48,567 bases of DNA, from positions 1 through 48,567 of the forward strand of contig CBFFRQ010000123.1 in NCBI GenBank assembly GCA_965644315.1. The letters run 5' to 3'. The notes beneath the pieces are model-generated. The model was not told the DNA's origin. It did not search any database and worked only from the letters and a program-made list of their open reading frames with translations. Both the position numbers and the translations under genes were made by a program. Origin of the DNA: Caecitellus pseudoparvulus. Lineage: Eukaryota > Protista > Bigyra: Bicosoecida. Below are positions 33,067 through 44,758 of this stretch, piece by piece. Position 1 is the first letter of the stretch. Each line of letters starts with the position of its first letter.

Positions 33067-35466
33067 TCACTTGCGGCCCCATGTAGAGCCAGAGCCGCGC
33101 CCGCCCCAGGAACTGGCTGCTGAGCCAAATCCAGAGCCAGCGCCGCCTCGGCTGCCCTGTCCTGCAGAGGCGCCGAAGCCAGCGCGGCGCTGAGCACCGC
33201 CCTGTGTGGGTGCTCCAGCCGAAGCAGACATGGTGACGCGGCTGGGCAAGGAGGCCTTCGACTTGTCTGTCAGCAGGGCCTTCTCCGTGGACTCCCGGAT
33301 GGAGGCGAGCTCCCTGACGGAGGTGGAGAAGTACTTGCCCAAGTCCGTGCCTTCGTCACGCGGGCGGATGGAGATCATGCTGCCCTCCACGTAGAAGTGC
33401 ATGGGGTCGGAGGAGCGGTAGCCCACAGAGTCAGCCTTGCTCTCCTCAGCCCCGCTGGCCTCCTCCTCACCGCCCGTCGCCGCTGCATCCCCAGAGGACT
33501 TCTCGAAGCTGGCGCCGCGGATGCCTTGCACTGGCTGCCAGTTCTTCACCTTGAGCTCCACGAGCATGTCGTGCACCTTGCCGGTGGACACGCCCAGGAA
33601 GGTGGACACCTTGCTCACGTCGATGGTCGTGTACAGGCGCAGGAAGGAGCGCAGCTTCTCCAAGCCCATGGCACGCTGCAGCGCCTCGCGCTTGAACATG
33701 TTCAGCTGGCGCGCCGCGACGATGGACGCGTCCCCTGGCTGGTCGATGCGGAAGGCGCCGTCAATGAAGCCCGGCGCGGCGAAGTCGAAGAGCTCCTCCA
33801 GGGCAGCTGTGGCGGCCGCCACCCGCTGCTCGTCATCCGCCTCCCCCATGTCCGTGATGGCTTGCATCTTCTCGCCGTACTTGGCGCGGGTGCGAGTGGC
33901 CACGACCTCGTCCACGACGTTCAGGCCAGGGCACGTGGCCAGGGGCACTGCCACCAGGGCCATGATCTTGTCAGCCTGCTTCTGGACGAAGCGAGAAGTG
34001 CTGGCAGCGGCGCTGAACAAGTGCTCCGTCCTGTCGAAGAACAGCAGGATGCGGCTCAGGACGGCGGCGGCGTCGGAGTAACGGCGGGCCATGAGCAGAG
34101 CGAAGCCGAAGTAGTAGTACAGGGAGATGTGACACTTCTGCACACGGGCGAAGAGGGCGTCGGCGGCCAGGTCGATGTCCTTGGCTGCTGCCACGGCAGA
34201 GCCGTAGTCGCCCAGCTTGGCGTGCAGGCGCGTGAGGCAGATGAGGGCGAAGAAGCCGCTGGTGTCCACGAAGGATTGCATGATGTGGGCGGAGTTGCCC
34301 ATCGTGCTGGACAGCTTGTCCAAAGCGGTGGGCGCAGCTCCCCGGCTGCCCTCCGTGGCGTCGGCGTCAGCGGAGCTTTCCCCCGCTGCCAGGGCGGCCA
34401 CCACCGCCGCTGGCTTCACCTCCCCGCGCAGCTTCTCCCGGATCTGCGTCTTGTCCACAATCTCGTACAGGTACTGCAGCACATCATGCGTGCCCCAGAC
34501 ATCAGCCAGGGCTTCATCAGGCACGTCGTGGTAGTCTTCCTTGGGCGGCAGCTGCTTCTGCTCCCCTTCTGAGTCCTCCGATGCAATGGAGGCTGCGTCA
34601 CCGTCATCCGCAGCGACCAGGGCCCGAGCGCGCTCGTTGCGGCGCTTATGGAAAGTCTCGTAGTACCACACGAACTCGTCCATGATGTTGAAGACCCACT
34701 TGGCGGGCAGGTTCAGAGTTGCTCCCCCAGGGGGAGCCTCGACGCGTTCTGGGGGCAAAGGGAGCGCAGGGCCGGCGTGGTTCAAAAGCCGCACAGTGCA
34801 TGCTTCCGCGCTACGCAGCTCCCCATGCACAGGGGGCCAGGGCAGAGGCACTCACCCAGGACGAAGTCAAAGAAGTCACGGTAGCGGTCCCACGCATCCG
34901 CGTAGTCCGAGGAGCGAGCGGGGTTCTCAGGAGTTGGCAGCGTCACCAGCAGGTGCTTGAAATACAGCAAGTTGTACAGCACCATGAACGAATCGTCAGC
35001 GTCCAGCAGCTCCTTGACTTCCTCCCGTTCAGGCCACGTGGACTCAGCAAAGTGCTCCTTGCTGATGGTGCGGAAGCCCTTCTCGTACATGTTCAGGATG
35101 TCTGCGCAGGGTGGCAGCGTGGCAGCGTGCACAGTCCGAACACGCTGCAGGGCAGCCTCCGACTGCTGGGCGGCAGGCTGCGATGACTCAGGGCGACTGG
35201 CAGGCAACAGAGTGGCATCAAAGTGCTTTCCGTGCGAGATCGCCACCAAGGGCCCGCTGGCGTTGGTGCCAGCCGTGCACCGGCATTTGGGGTGGTGCTG
35301 GCGTTTCACCGCGGCAGCGCTGAGACGGCAGACCGCGGCACGCACCGTAGGGGCGCTCTGACTCTACGGCGGCCTTGAACTCCCGCAGAAAATCAGCCAC
35401 AGCAGGGTGCATCGCGTGCTCCCTGGCTGCCCTCAAGTCCCCGATCCCGGCGCCGAAAGTTGCCAT
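33067..35466 (-). CDS. EIF3L: eukaryotic translation initiation factor 3 subunit L
   Basis: F.VLYNLLYFKHL; LNLPAKWVFNIMDEFVWYYETF; GFFALICLTRLHAKLGDY; LYYYFGFALLMARRYSDA; LRSFLRLYTTIDVSKVSTFL. Introns at 35102-35345 and 34749-34855. Confidence 0.93.
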
Positions 35467-35642
35467 GGCGTCGGTGTGGTGGTGTTGCGGACAGTGCCTC
35501 ACACCAGTGGCCTAGCGCGGCACACGAGGCAGCAGCAGGCGAACAAAAGCAGAGCCAGCGCTCAGCTTCTGCGGTGATTAAGATGGGTTGATGGTGAAAA
35601 GTGCCCCCCTCGTTGCATCTGCCGTGGGCCTTTCCGCCAATC

Positions 35643-36651
35643 ATGAGCAGAGTGCGCAAGCTGGTCAAAACTGGCTCCTCCCGCAAGACTGAGGCCGGCC
35701 CCTCTCTACACTGCAGGCTCGCCACCATGCTCGTACGCTGCATCATGTGCCCTTGCCAGCACCTGCTCCCACTAGCACCCATCCTCCCGCCCTGTGCAGC
35801 GCCTGAGCCAAGTCACTGCGGACGCAGGGCACGCCCTGCAGGTGCTTGCGTGCCACCCTGCCGCGGCGCGCAGCACAGGCAACAACATGAACATGCATGC
35901 CATGATGTGGTGCAGCGGTGGGTGGCCCCTTCTCTCCTGCCGCTCTCACCAGTGCCTCATTCCGCCCCGCTCTCCTCTGCAGCTCTCTCACGAGCGGCAC
36001 CCGCTGGGCCACACCCTTGCGCTCCGGTCTTCACGGCCATTGCCCGGAAAAAGACGCTGTCACCGCTGGCAGTGCACCGAACCGCTGCAGTGAAAGCTCT
36101 GTGGGCAGCTGCGCGCGCTGTCCTGCCCCAGCAGGCCCCTGCAGGGCTGGTGGTTGCGGTCATGGCGAATGCTGGCCTGTTGTCTTGCTCCAGCAGTGAC
36201 GTGCGCCGGCAGTTCCAAGAGCAACTGGAAGCGTGCCTGGTGAGTGATGCCACGCACGGCAGTGTACTGGCACTGCCGGTACCATGCACCACCAGTCCAT
36301 GCCATGCGCTCGCAGGGGCGCCTCGGCGAGGCTGCTCCGCGCACGCCAGCCTGCAGCTTGGGCCCGGCCGCCATTGGGCAGGCCAGTTTTGTGGCGACGA
36401 GGCGGAGTCGCCTGCAGCTTCCGCGCAATGCTCAGGCATACGAGGCAGGCAAGGTGTTCATGCCGTTTCCTGAGCTCAAGGCACCTCCCAAGACAGCCAA
36501 TGAGTTCACACTGAGCACTGCGGCGTTACGCCAGCGTTTCACGAGCCCAAAGTCGAGAGCATGGGAGGCAGCTGCCAGGCGGCGCAAGCAGGAGAAAGCG
36601 AGTAGTATGGAAGAGATCCTTCGCCACGACAACGTAGTGGATCTGTGGTGA
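35643..36651 (+). CDS. hypothetical protein (4 predicted exons)
   Basis: ATG 35643. Donors GTACGC, GTGGGT and GTGAGT with CAG acceptors join ORFs 35601.., 35794.. and 36244.. in frame, ending ...EEILRHDNVVDLW*. No family recognised. Confidence 0.55.
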
Positions 36652-36678
36652 TGATCCATGCATTTCTACAGAGCAGGC

Positions 36679-39600
36679 TTAGGCCTGCTTTTCGGCAGCA
36701 TCAGGGGAAGGAGGTGCTGCTTTCGAGTCTTCCTCAGGAGCAGTGGCTCCGGCAGAAGCCTTCTTGGAGCCGGGTTTTTGTTCAGCCTCAGGAAGGGGGC
36801 AGCCGCCACAGCGGCGGCAGGAGGCGTAGATGTGGCTCAAGTTGCCAAAGTCGCCTTCGGGGCCGCAGGTCATGAGGGCGGCGGGGAAGAAGACCGTGGA
36901 CCAGATGAGGGCGTAGGAGATGGTGGCCAGCAGCACGATGCCCATCTGGGTGAAGAAGAGCACGATGGCGCCGAACAAGAAGACGCCCGCGCCGAAGGTG
37001 GTGATGGCGCCCGCCAGAATGCTCACGCCCATCTGCGCCAGGGCGATGCGCGTGCGCTCGTACCTGTTGCGGGGCGGCAGGTCCTCTGGCTTATCGTCCT
37101 CCGATTCGATGTAGGAGTTGGCGTAATGCACGACGTAGTCCACGGAGAAGCCGATGAGGATGACACTGCTGATGGACTGGGTGATGCCCAGCTCCCACCC
37201 CTGCAAGTACATGGTGGCCATGATGGTGGCCACGATGCCGACGATGGTGAGGGTGGCCAGGCCGCCCACCACGAAGTTGTGGGTGGACATGATCAGCACC
37301 ACCAGCGCCACGGAGACGGAGATGGCCATGCCCACCAGTGCGTTGCGCACCATGGCTCGCTCGGTGATCATCCACTGCCACGCAGAGCCGCCGGTTTGGA
37401 GGGCATTGGACACGCCAGGCGCACTCTCACGGTTGCGGCGGTCCACGAACGCCTGCCACGCATCGTACACGGGTTTGTTGATGGCGTAGGGCTGGTTCAG
37501 CTTGAGGCTCAGCTTGAACTTCACCTCGCACGTCTTGAAGGCGCCGTCCACGATGCCGATGCGGCCAGCAGCACAAAACGGCGCACCAATCGGCGTGCCA
37601 CAGAAGGCCTGTACCTTGGCCACGAAGGCAGCCTGCTGGGACTGGCCGCTTGGGGCGGTGAAGGGGAAGGTCTCGCTGTTCAGCTGCAGCCACTCGGCAA
37701 AGCTGCGCACCCAGCAGGACTGCTCGTCGGTGTAGCTGCTGACGTTCCTGGCCTGATCGCATGTGTTCAACAAGTCCTGCTGGGCCTGGGTGCTGGAGGG
37801 GTCGAAGGTGCTGTCGAAGATGGGGGTGCCCTTGTCCAGGGGGTCGTACACGTCTGTGCCGTCCCGGTCGATGCCGGAGACGCCCCAGGTGATGGTCACC
37901 TCCACGGTCCTGTCTTGGGCCGTCAAGCCAAAGCGCTCGTCGGTCCACTTAAGGCCTCGCCCAGTGTAGTGTGTGTCGGGCAGGAACTGCTCCTGCTCAC
38001 TGAGGGGCTGCAGCTGTGCACCCAAGGCCACTCCCGCGATGAGGATGCCCATGAACACGACCACGATGGCGTAGCGACCCTTGAAGATGAGGGGCGCCCA
38101 CTTGTCCCGGAAGAACAGCTCCATGGCTCGGTCCACGGAGAACTCGTCAGCCCCTGCTTCGCCGTGGGGGGCCACCGTGGCGGTCTTTGCCACGCCTTGC
38201 CGCATGGGGTTGCTGACGTCGGGCAGCTCACCCTCCGTCTCGTGGCCAGGCAGCGGGGATGCGGTGCCAACAGCCGCGGTATGTGCACTTGAGTCCTTGG
38301 GCGTGGCAGCCCCGCTCCTCGGCTTGCAGCACATCCCGAACGTGTGCGCCCACACCGCCTCCTCCACCCACCGCACGTTCATGTGCCAGAAGGTGACGAG
38401 GGGCGGCAGGAAGGACAGGTTGAGGAGCCACGCCACCACCACAAGGGAGGCGGCGAAGTAGCCGAAGGTGGCGATGGGCATGATCTCCGACACGCCCGTC
38501 GCCAGGAAGGCGGCGGCGGTGGTGCCGGAGGTGACGGCGGTGGCCCGCACTGCCCGGCGGTAGGTGTACGCGATGCGGTCTGTCAGGTGTGCGTACTTGG
38601 CTGCACGCACAGTCTTGGCATCTTCCTCCGTCAGCTGCTCGGAGGCGGTGGTGAAGGCGGTGATGCCTGCCGCTTTGAGGTAGGCGTCGGGAGACGGCGT
38701 GGGCGCCTGCATGAAGGCGTCCACGAAGACGAAGATGTTGTCGGCGCCGATGCCGAGGATGATGAAGATGGCCAGGCTGTGCAGGGTCTGGAAGAAGGAC
38801 ACCTGCAGGACGAGGCGGTAGAAGAAGAGGGCCAGGGGCAGGCTGAGCAGGATCTGCAGCATGCCCGTCAGGCCCAGGAAGGGAGACGTCGTGTGCACGC
38901 ACAGGTACACGATGACGAAGGCGATGGAGCCGCCTGCCCACAGCAGGTCTGTCTGCACGACGGTGTCGAAGGCGTGCTGCAGGATGCGCGTGCCAAAGAT
39001 GATCACCTCCACGTTGGCGTCGTCCAGCTCGGAGATGATGTAGTCCCGGAAAGGCGCGATGGCCAAGTCGAAGTCAGCTTCCTGCTTCTCCAGCTGGTCG
39101 TTTTCGTTGTCGAAGCCGTCCAGGGGCAGGCCCATGGGGAAGTACGACCTCATGTACGCTGCTGTGAGGTCGCAGGTGGTCAGGCTGGCATCGCAGGAGC
39201 CGAAGTCTCGCCCGAACAGCAGGCCCCTGGAAGCCAGGGCCAGCACATGAGTGCGCTGCTCGGCAGTCCACTGGGCAGGGTCTGGCTGGTTCACGGGCAC
39301 CATGGCGCCCAGGGTGGAGTTCACGGCGTACTCTTGCAGGGTGACGTCGATGTCGGCCTGGGACGCCGTGGGGTCCACCTGCTTGGGCACGAACAGGGAG
39401 GAGGTGGGGTCCACAGCCAGCCCTGCCGCGGCCACTGCACTTGGCTGCACGATGGAGGAGGGCCTGGAGCACTTGCGCTGCGAGGACGCATCCCCTGGCA
39501 CAGAGGGCACTTTGTGGCAGATGTCCGGGTAGAAGTCAGAAGTGGTGAAGCGCTGCTCCAGGCGCTGGATGAATGCCAGGCGGGAGGGGGTCAGCAAGTT

Positions 39601-40418
39601 TCCACCCTTGCGGTCGTGGTACAGCAAGAAAACGTCGAATTCCGAGCTGCCCTGGCTCTGCTGTGCCACCGTTTCGTTCGAAGCAGCCTGTACAGAGCGC
39701 CAAAGCCAGTGGCTGCAAAGCTGCAGCCCGCGTTACAATGTACACTGGCGCTCACCTCTTGTGCAGAGCCCAGCACACTCTCACGAGCCTCATCCACCGC
39801 ATCGAACTCCTTCACTCTGCGATCTGCCCTGCGGTGCAAGCGAGATGGGGGTGTGTGGCAAGGCGGAAAGTGCGTGACGTGTGTTTGCGGCCTCCTGCCG
39901 GCTCCATTGCCGTTCTGAGGGGTCAGAGACCCAAGGCATGGGAAGCAAGGTCTTTGGTAAGCAAACAGAGTTGCTTCGCAGGTGCTCTTCCACTCACTTG
40001 ATCATGTAGTCAGAGCCACTCTGCAGGGGAGCGGAGGTGGTAAGTTGCGGGTGAATATTTCTCCGGCCTGCAACGAAACTAAGTCTCTGGCACCGCACTG
40101 GGGCGCGCACTCACAGTTGGGCTGAAGTCCAGCTGGCCAGAGCCCACCAAGATACCAATGAGCGCAAAGATCACGAGCAGCATGCACGGAATGACAGCCT
40201 GGGTGGCACAGGCGGGAGCGGGAAACAGAAGGGTGCAAAATCCGCACGCACGCCTTCGGTGCAGGGAGACCCCGCCGCAGAGCTGCACGCACGCAGGGGT
40301 ACTCGGCGAAGGTGAGCCCTGCTCGCAGCAGGTACTTGTCCTTGGTTTGCAGGGTCATGCCACCGAAATTCTTCCGCACAGGGCCAGCGGAGGCTGGCGG
40401 AGAGCTGTCACCAGCCAT
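36679..40418 (-). CDS. Dispatched/Patched-like RND-family membrane protein with sterol-sensing domain
   Basis: IFIILGIGADNIFVF (TM4 GxxxD); TSGTTAAAF; ILIGFSVDYVVH; MGVSILAGAITT; about 12 TM segments. Four short 5' introns between about 39690 and 40292; ATG at 40418. Confidence 0.88.
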
Positions 40419-40796
40419 GGCGCACGCGTTACGTTGGGCAAGGCACAAGGGAAGGCGCGGCCTGTTCAGCCCGAACGCAGCAAAAGCAGGGACACCCAGG
40501 CGGGAAGGAAATGCCTGACGGCATCTAATGCCAAGTTTAGGAGTTGGGGAGGTGTTTCGAACGCACGTCTGCTGTGCCGCTGGGCCCCAGCAGCGGCAAC
40601 CCGCCGCACCCCTTGTTTCTGTGTGCAGCCTTGACAGGTTGGACATCAGCCGGCCTTGGTCGCCTGGTGCACCCCGTCTGAAGGCGCCGAGGTGGCCACC
40701 CCAAAACAAAGGCACCACATACACCATGCGCTCATGCCTCCACATGCCGCCTCGCGGCCAGCCCCATCTTGTGCAGTGCGGTGCTGCCACCACGCC

Positions 40797-43700
40797 ATGG
40801 CCTCTCGCAACACACGAGGCAACGGCAAATGGACGGCCCAGGAGGACGAGGCGCTGCGGAAGGGTGTCGCAGCTTGTGGGCCTCGGAATTGGCGAGCCAT
40901 CAGCGATCAGTACCTGAAGGGCCAACGTACTGATGTCCAGTGCCTGCACCGATGGAACAAGGTGAGCACAACTGCGACAGCGTTTCATGCGCGTTGCCAG
41001 CCCGACTGGGCAGCAGTCATCACCTTCCCGGGGCCACGTGCTGAGCAGGTGCTGCGCCCAGGGCTGGTGAAGGGGCCATGGACGTCAGAGGAGGATGAGG
41101 TTATCGTGCTGGCCATCAAGGAGGGCGTCACGCGTTGGTCAGACATCGCCGCTCGCATCCCAGGCCGGATCGGCAAGCAGTGTCGCGAGAGGTGGTTCAA
41201 CCACCTGGACCCAAACCTGCTCAAGACGCCATGGACAGCAGAGGAAGATGCCATCCTTGAACAATGCCATCGCAGAGTCGGTGCGTTCGGCGCTGCACTG
41301 TTTGTCGCGGTGTGCTGTGCATTCACACGCCAGCCAGGCTGCACTTGACTGCGGGCCCCGTGGGGGTGAGCAGAGGTGCAAGGCACTGCTTCAGAGCCAC
41401 AGCCTGGTCTGCAGGCTGCCCTGTGCGATGCACCGTGGTGGTGTGCGTGCTGGTGCATGGCCTGTGAGCCTGGCCCTTGGAGCACTGCGCACTTCACAGT
41501 GCTGGGGGCGTTTCTTGCTCGAAGGCTGCACCCTCGTCTGCAGGGCACGGCGCTGCCTGTGTTTCGTGGAGCCGTGCTTGGCAGCCCGCCCTCGCTGCAC
41601 TTGTTCCTCAATGTGTGCCTGCCCTGCCTGCTGTGGCCATCACTGACCCACTGCGCACCACGCAGGCAACCGCTGGAGTGAGATAGCCAAGAAGCTGCCT
41701 GGCCGCAGCGAAAACTCGGTGAAGAATCGGTGGAACTCTGCTGTGCGCAAGAAACGATCCAGTGGGCAGGGGGAGGGCGACAGCAGCATGTCAGACGCCT
41801 CCTCCGAAGCCAGCCAGCGCTCGGATCGCTCCAAGGGCAACACGCCGGCGCTGCGGCGCGGTACCCGGCGCCGTGTGCCCAAGCGCAGCAGCCCCACGCC
41901 AGCCCCCGCTGCTGCGCCGCAACCCAAGGCTGCCACTTCTTCTGCGCCCCCCCCTGTGCCCCCCACAAGCCAGCCGGCAGCCTCCGCTGGCGTGCCTCGG
42001 GGCATGCCCTTCCCCATGGCCGCCGCCAAGATGATGGCAGCGCGTGGCATGCCTCGCATGGTGGCTGTCCCGGGACCAGGGGGGGTGCTCATGCATGTGC
42101 CGCTGTTCCCCAGGCCGCCCGGCATGGCGCCTGGCATGGTCATGACGCCCCCCTCCGGCGCCTTCGTGCAGACGCCGCGTGGCCTCATGCTGCTGCCGCA
42201 AGGCATGCCCCGTGGCATGGGCATGCCTTCCGCAGCGGCTGTCGCAGCCATGCAAGCCCACTTGGCAGCCTCCACGGCGGGGTCCACGCCCACCGTCCCC
42301 TCGTCCCAGGCGCCCAGCACCTCCGCCCCCCTGGCGCCCCCCACTGTGCCAGCCTTCGGCACGCCTGCGCAGGGCATGCCCAGGCCCATGGCCTTCATGC
42401 CTGGCGTGGGCCCAGTCTTGCTCCGGCCAGTGGCCACCATGGGCCCCCACGGCAAGCCAATCACCGTGAACGTGCCCGTGTTTCCCAATGGCCAGCCTGT
42501 GCCCATGCACTTGCTGCCGCGCGGGGTACCGCAGGGCATGCCAGCTGCCGCTCAGGCAGCATTCCTGCAGCAGCAAGCGGTCGCTGCTGCAGCTGCTGCG
42601 GCACGCAGCTCTGGCAGCACGACCACGACGCGCCCCAGCACAGAAGCCAGCATCAGCGCGGCTGTGGCGGCTGCCAAAGCACGCGCATCTGGTGCAGTCA
42701 CGCCCACGCCTCGACCAGTGGCGGTGCCTGACGTGACGGGCATTGAGGCAGAGGGAGCGGACACGCTGGAGGCGTCTGTGGACACCATTTCAGACTACCA
42801 CCACCAGAAGAAGCGCAGGGACTTGAGTGCCCGAGCCAAGGGGAACGGCGTGCCGCTGCCCAGCCCCCCCCAAGATGCAACCGGCGACGGCGGCGGCGAC
42901 CTCGGCACGTCCTTCGACTGGGACGACAGCGTGGATGACCGGGAGCCTGGCGCATTCTTGGCCGCCACAGCGCCCGCCATGCTGTGGCAGACGGCACCCT
43001 CTGCCAGCCACGGCGCCCAGCGGACCAGTGCACCGCCCTCGCCAGCCGCCAGCGGGCGACGCAGGCGCCACCGCAGCGGCACTGACGACTCTTCTGGCCT
43101 GCGCATTCGGGCAGGGGGTGTGCTGGGGCACGGCACCGCCGCGGCGCCCACCCTGACGCCTTCCCAAGAGCAGGGGTACATTGACTGGACGGCCACACCC
43201 ACACCGACTGCGTATCCTGATGCTGGGAGTGCTGGCGGCACACGCCAGCGCTCCAACAGCGCACTGAGTGAAGGTAGCCGCGGGAAGAAGCGCGATGCAC
43301 ACGACTCCAGCCGGCGCAGCAGCAATGCCTCCACGCAGGGCGAGGCACCGTGGCCCATCAGCCCGACAGGGGACGCCGCCACGGCGCCCTCGGAGAGGCG
43401 GTCCATCCTGCGAGCCCGGCGGGGGTCCGGTGCCTCCGGCGTCTCTGCGGCCTCAGGCGTCAGCTCAGGCGTGCAGTCAGCCATGGAGCCGTGGGCCAGC
43501 TCAGCGGGGGCGTCAGGCGGCGACGGTGGCGACAGTGATGAGGACATCGCCTCAGCACTGGGTGCGACAGTGCAGTCCAGCCAGGGGGGTAGCCCCGGCG
43601 TGATGTGGGACTTCCAGGCGGGGGATGGTACGCGGGGCCAAGGCGCAGGGGATGCCTTCTTGGCAGGCTCGCACGTGCGTGGGGAGGGCGGTGCTCCGCA

Positions 43701-44745
43701 GGCAGTGCCTGTTGCTGCAGGGCCCCGTGGCGCCACTATGAGCCCCCGGCACCCACCCCGCACACCCGCCAGTCCCCAGGCCGCCGCACACACCCCAGCT
43801 CACGCCCACCTGGGGCCGGGCGTCGTGCTGTGGGGGGCACCTTCCACGACCCCCGCGGCAGGATTCGCACCTGCCTTCTCCCCTGGCGCAGGGGCCTTGG
43901 GATCTGTGGGCTTCCCCGTCCCAGGCACAGCTGCCCTGCACGCCTCAGCACCTGGACTGCCCACACCCCGCGCACAGGGCAGCATGAGCAGCCCCAGCGG
44001 GCCCAGCGACAGTGCTGATGACCTGCACCTGTCGCAAGGGGGGGATGAGGCGTCCGGCCTGGACGTGGACTGGTCTCTCTCCTTCGGCGGCATGACGGTG
44101 GAGAGCCCCAGCAACGGGCAGGGTGGCGGGCAGGGGCGTGCCGGTGTTCCTGGCCAGCCTGCCACGGAGGAAGTGTACGCGGCTGCTCCCTTGGCAGTGG
44201 TGGGGCGCAGCATGCCCATCCACGAGGGGCAGCGGGCAGAGGGCGAGGGCAGCATGCAACCTCCCACCCGGGGAGGGGCAGCTGGGCCACGGGCTCCTGC
44301 TGCACAGCCGACTTTTGGGGAGGGCGGCGTGATCGACGGCCTCATCCTGACCACTGAAGACGATGGAGACTGCATTGGTGACTTGGAGGTGCCAGCATCC
44401 CTGGCCATGCCGGCGCCGCTCCCTTCCCCTGGCGATGCTGCTCAGCGCGGGGACAGGCAGGGGAGGCTGGGCATTGACAGCATGCAGGGGTCTCGCACCC
44501 CCCAGCGCATCTCCCTGGCGGCAGCTGCCGGCCAGGTGCCTGGTTTTGACGCACTGCCCAGCTTCCACAGCCTGTCAGGCGACGGCGGCTTCGCCCAAGG
44601 GTCCAGCGGTGCCGTGCCCGGTGCGGTTGGCGAGGCCCCCCTCCACTCACAGCCTGCAGGCTCGGAGGATGAGGTGAACACCAGCAACCACAGCGATGGC
44701 ATTCCCCTGGACACAAGCGCCACGCTTGACACGAGCTTGTTGTGA
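40797..44745 (+). CDS. three-repeat (R1R2R3) MYB transcription factor
   Basis: R1 GKWTAQEDEALR..RTDVQCLHRWNKVL; R2 KGPWTSEED..RIGKQCRERWFNHLDP; R3 PWTAEED..GNRWSEIAKKLPGRSENSVKNRWNS. Introns at 40962-41048 and 41281-41665. Confidence 0.93.
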
Positions 44746-44758
44746 CGCGGCCGCCACC

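Noticed and set aside
35102-41665. Two long introns (244 and 385 nt) as possible introner or MITE insertions
   Set aside because: No terminal inverted repeats or mutual similarity visible.
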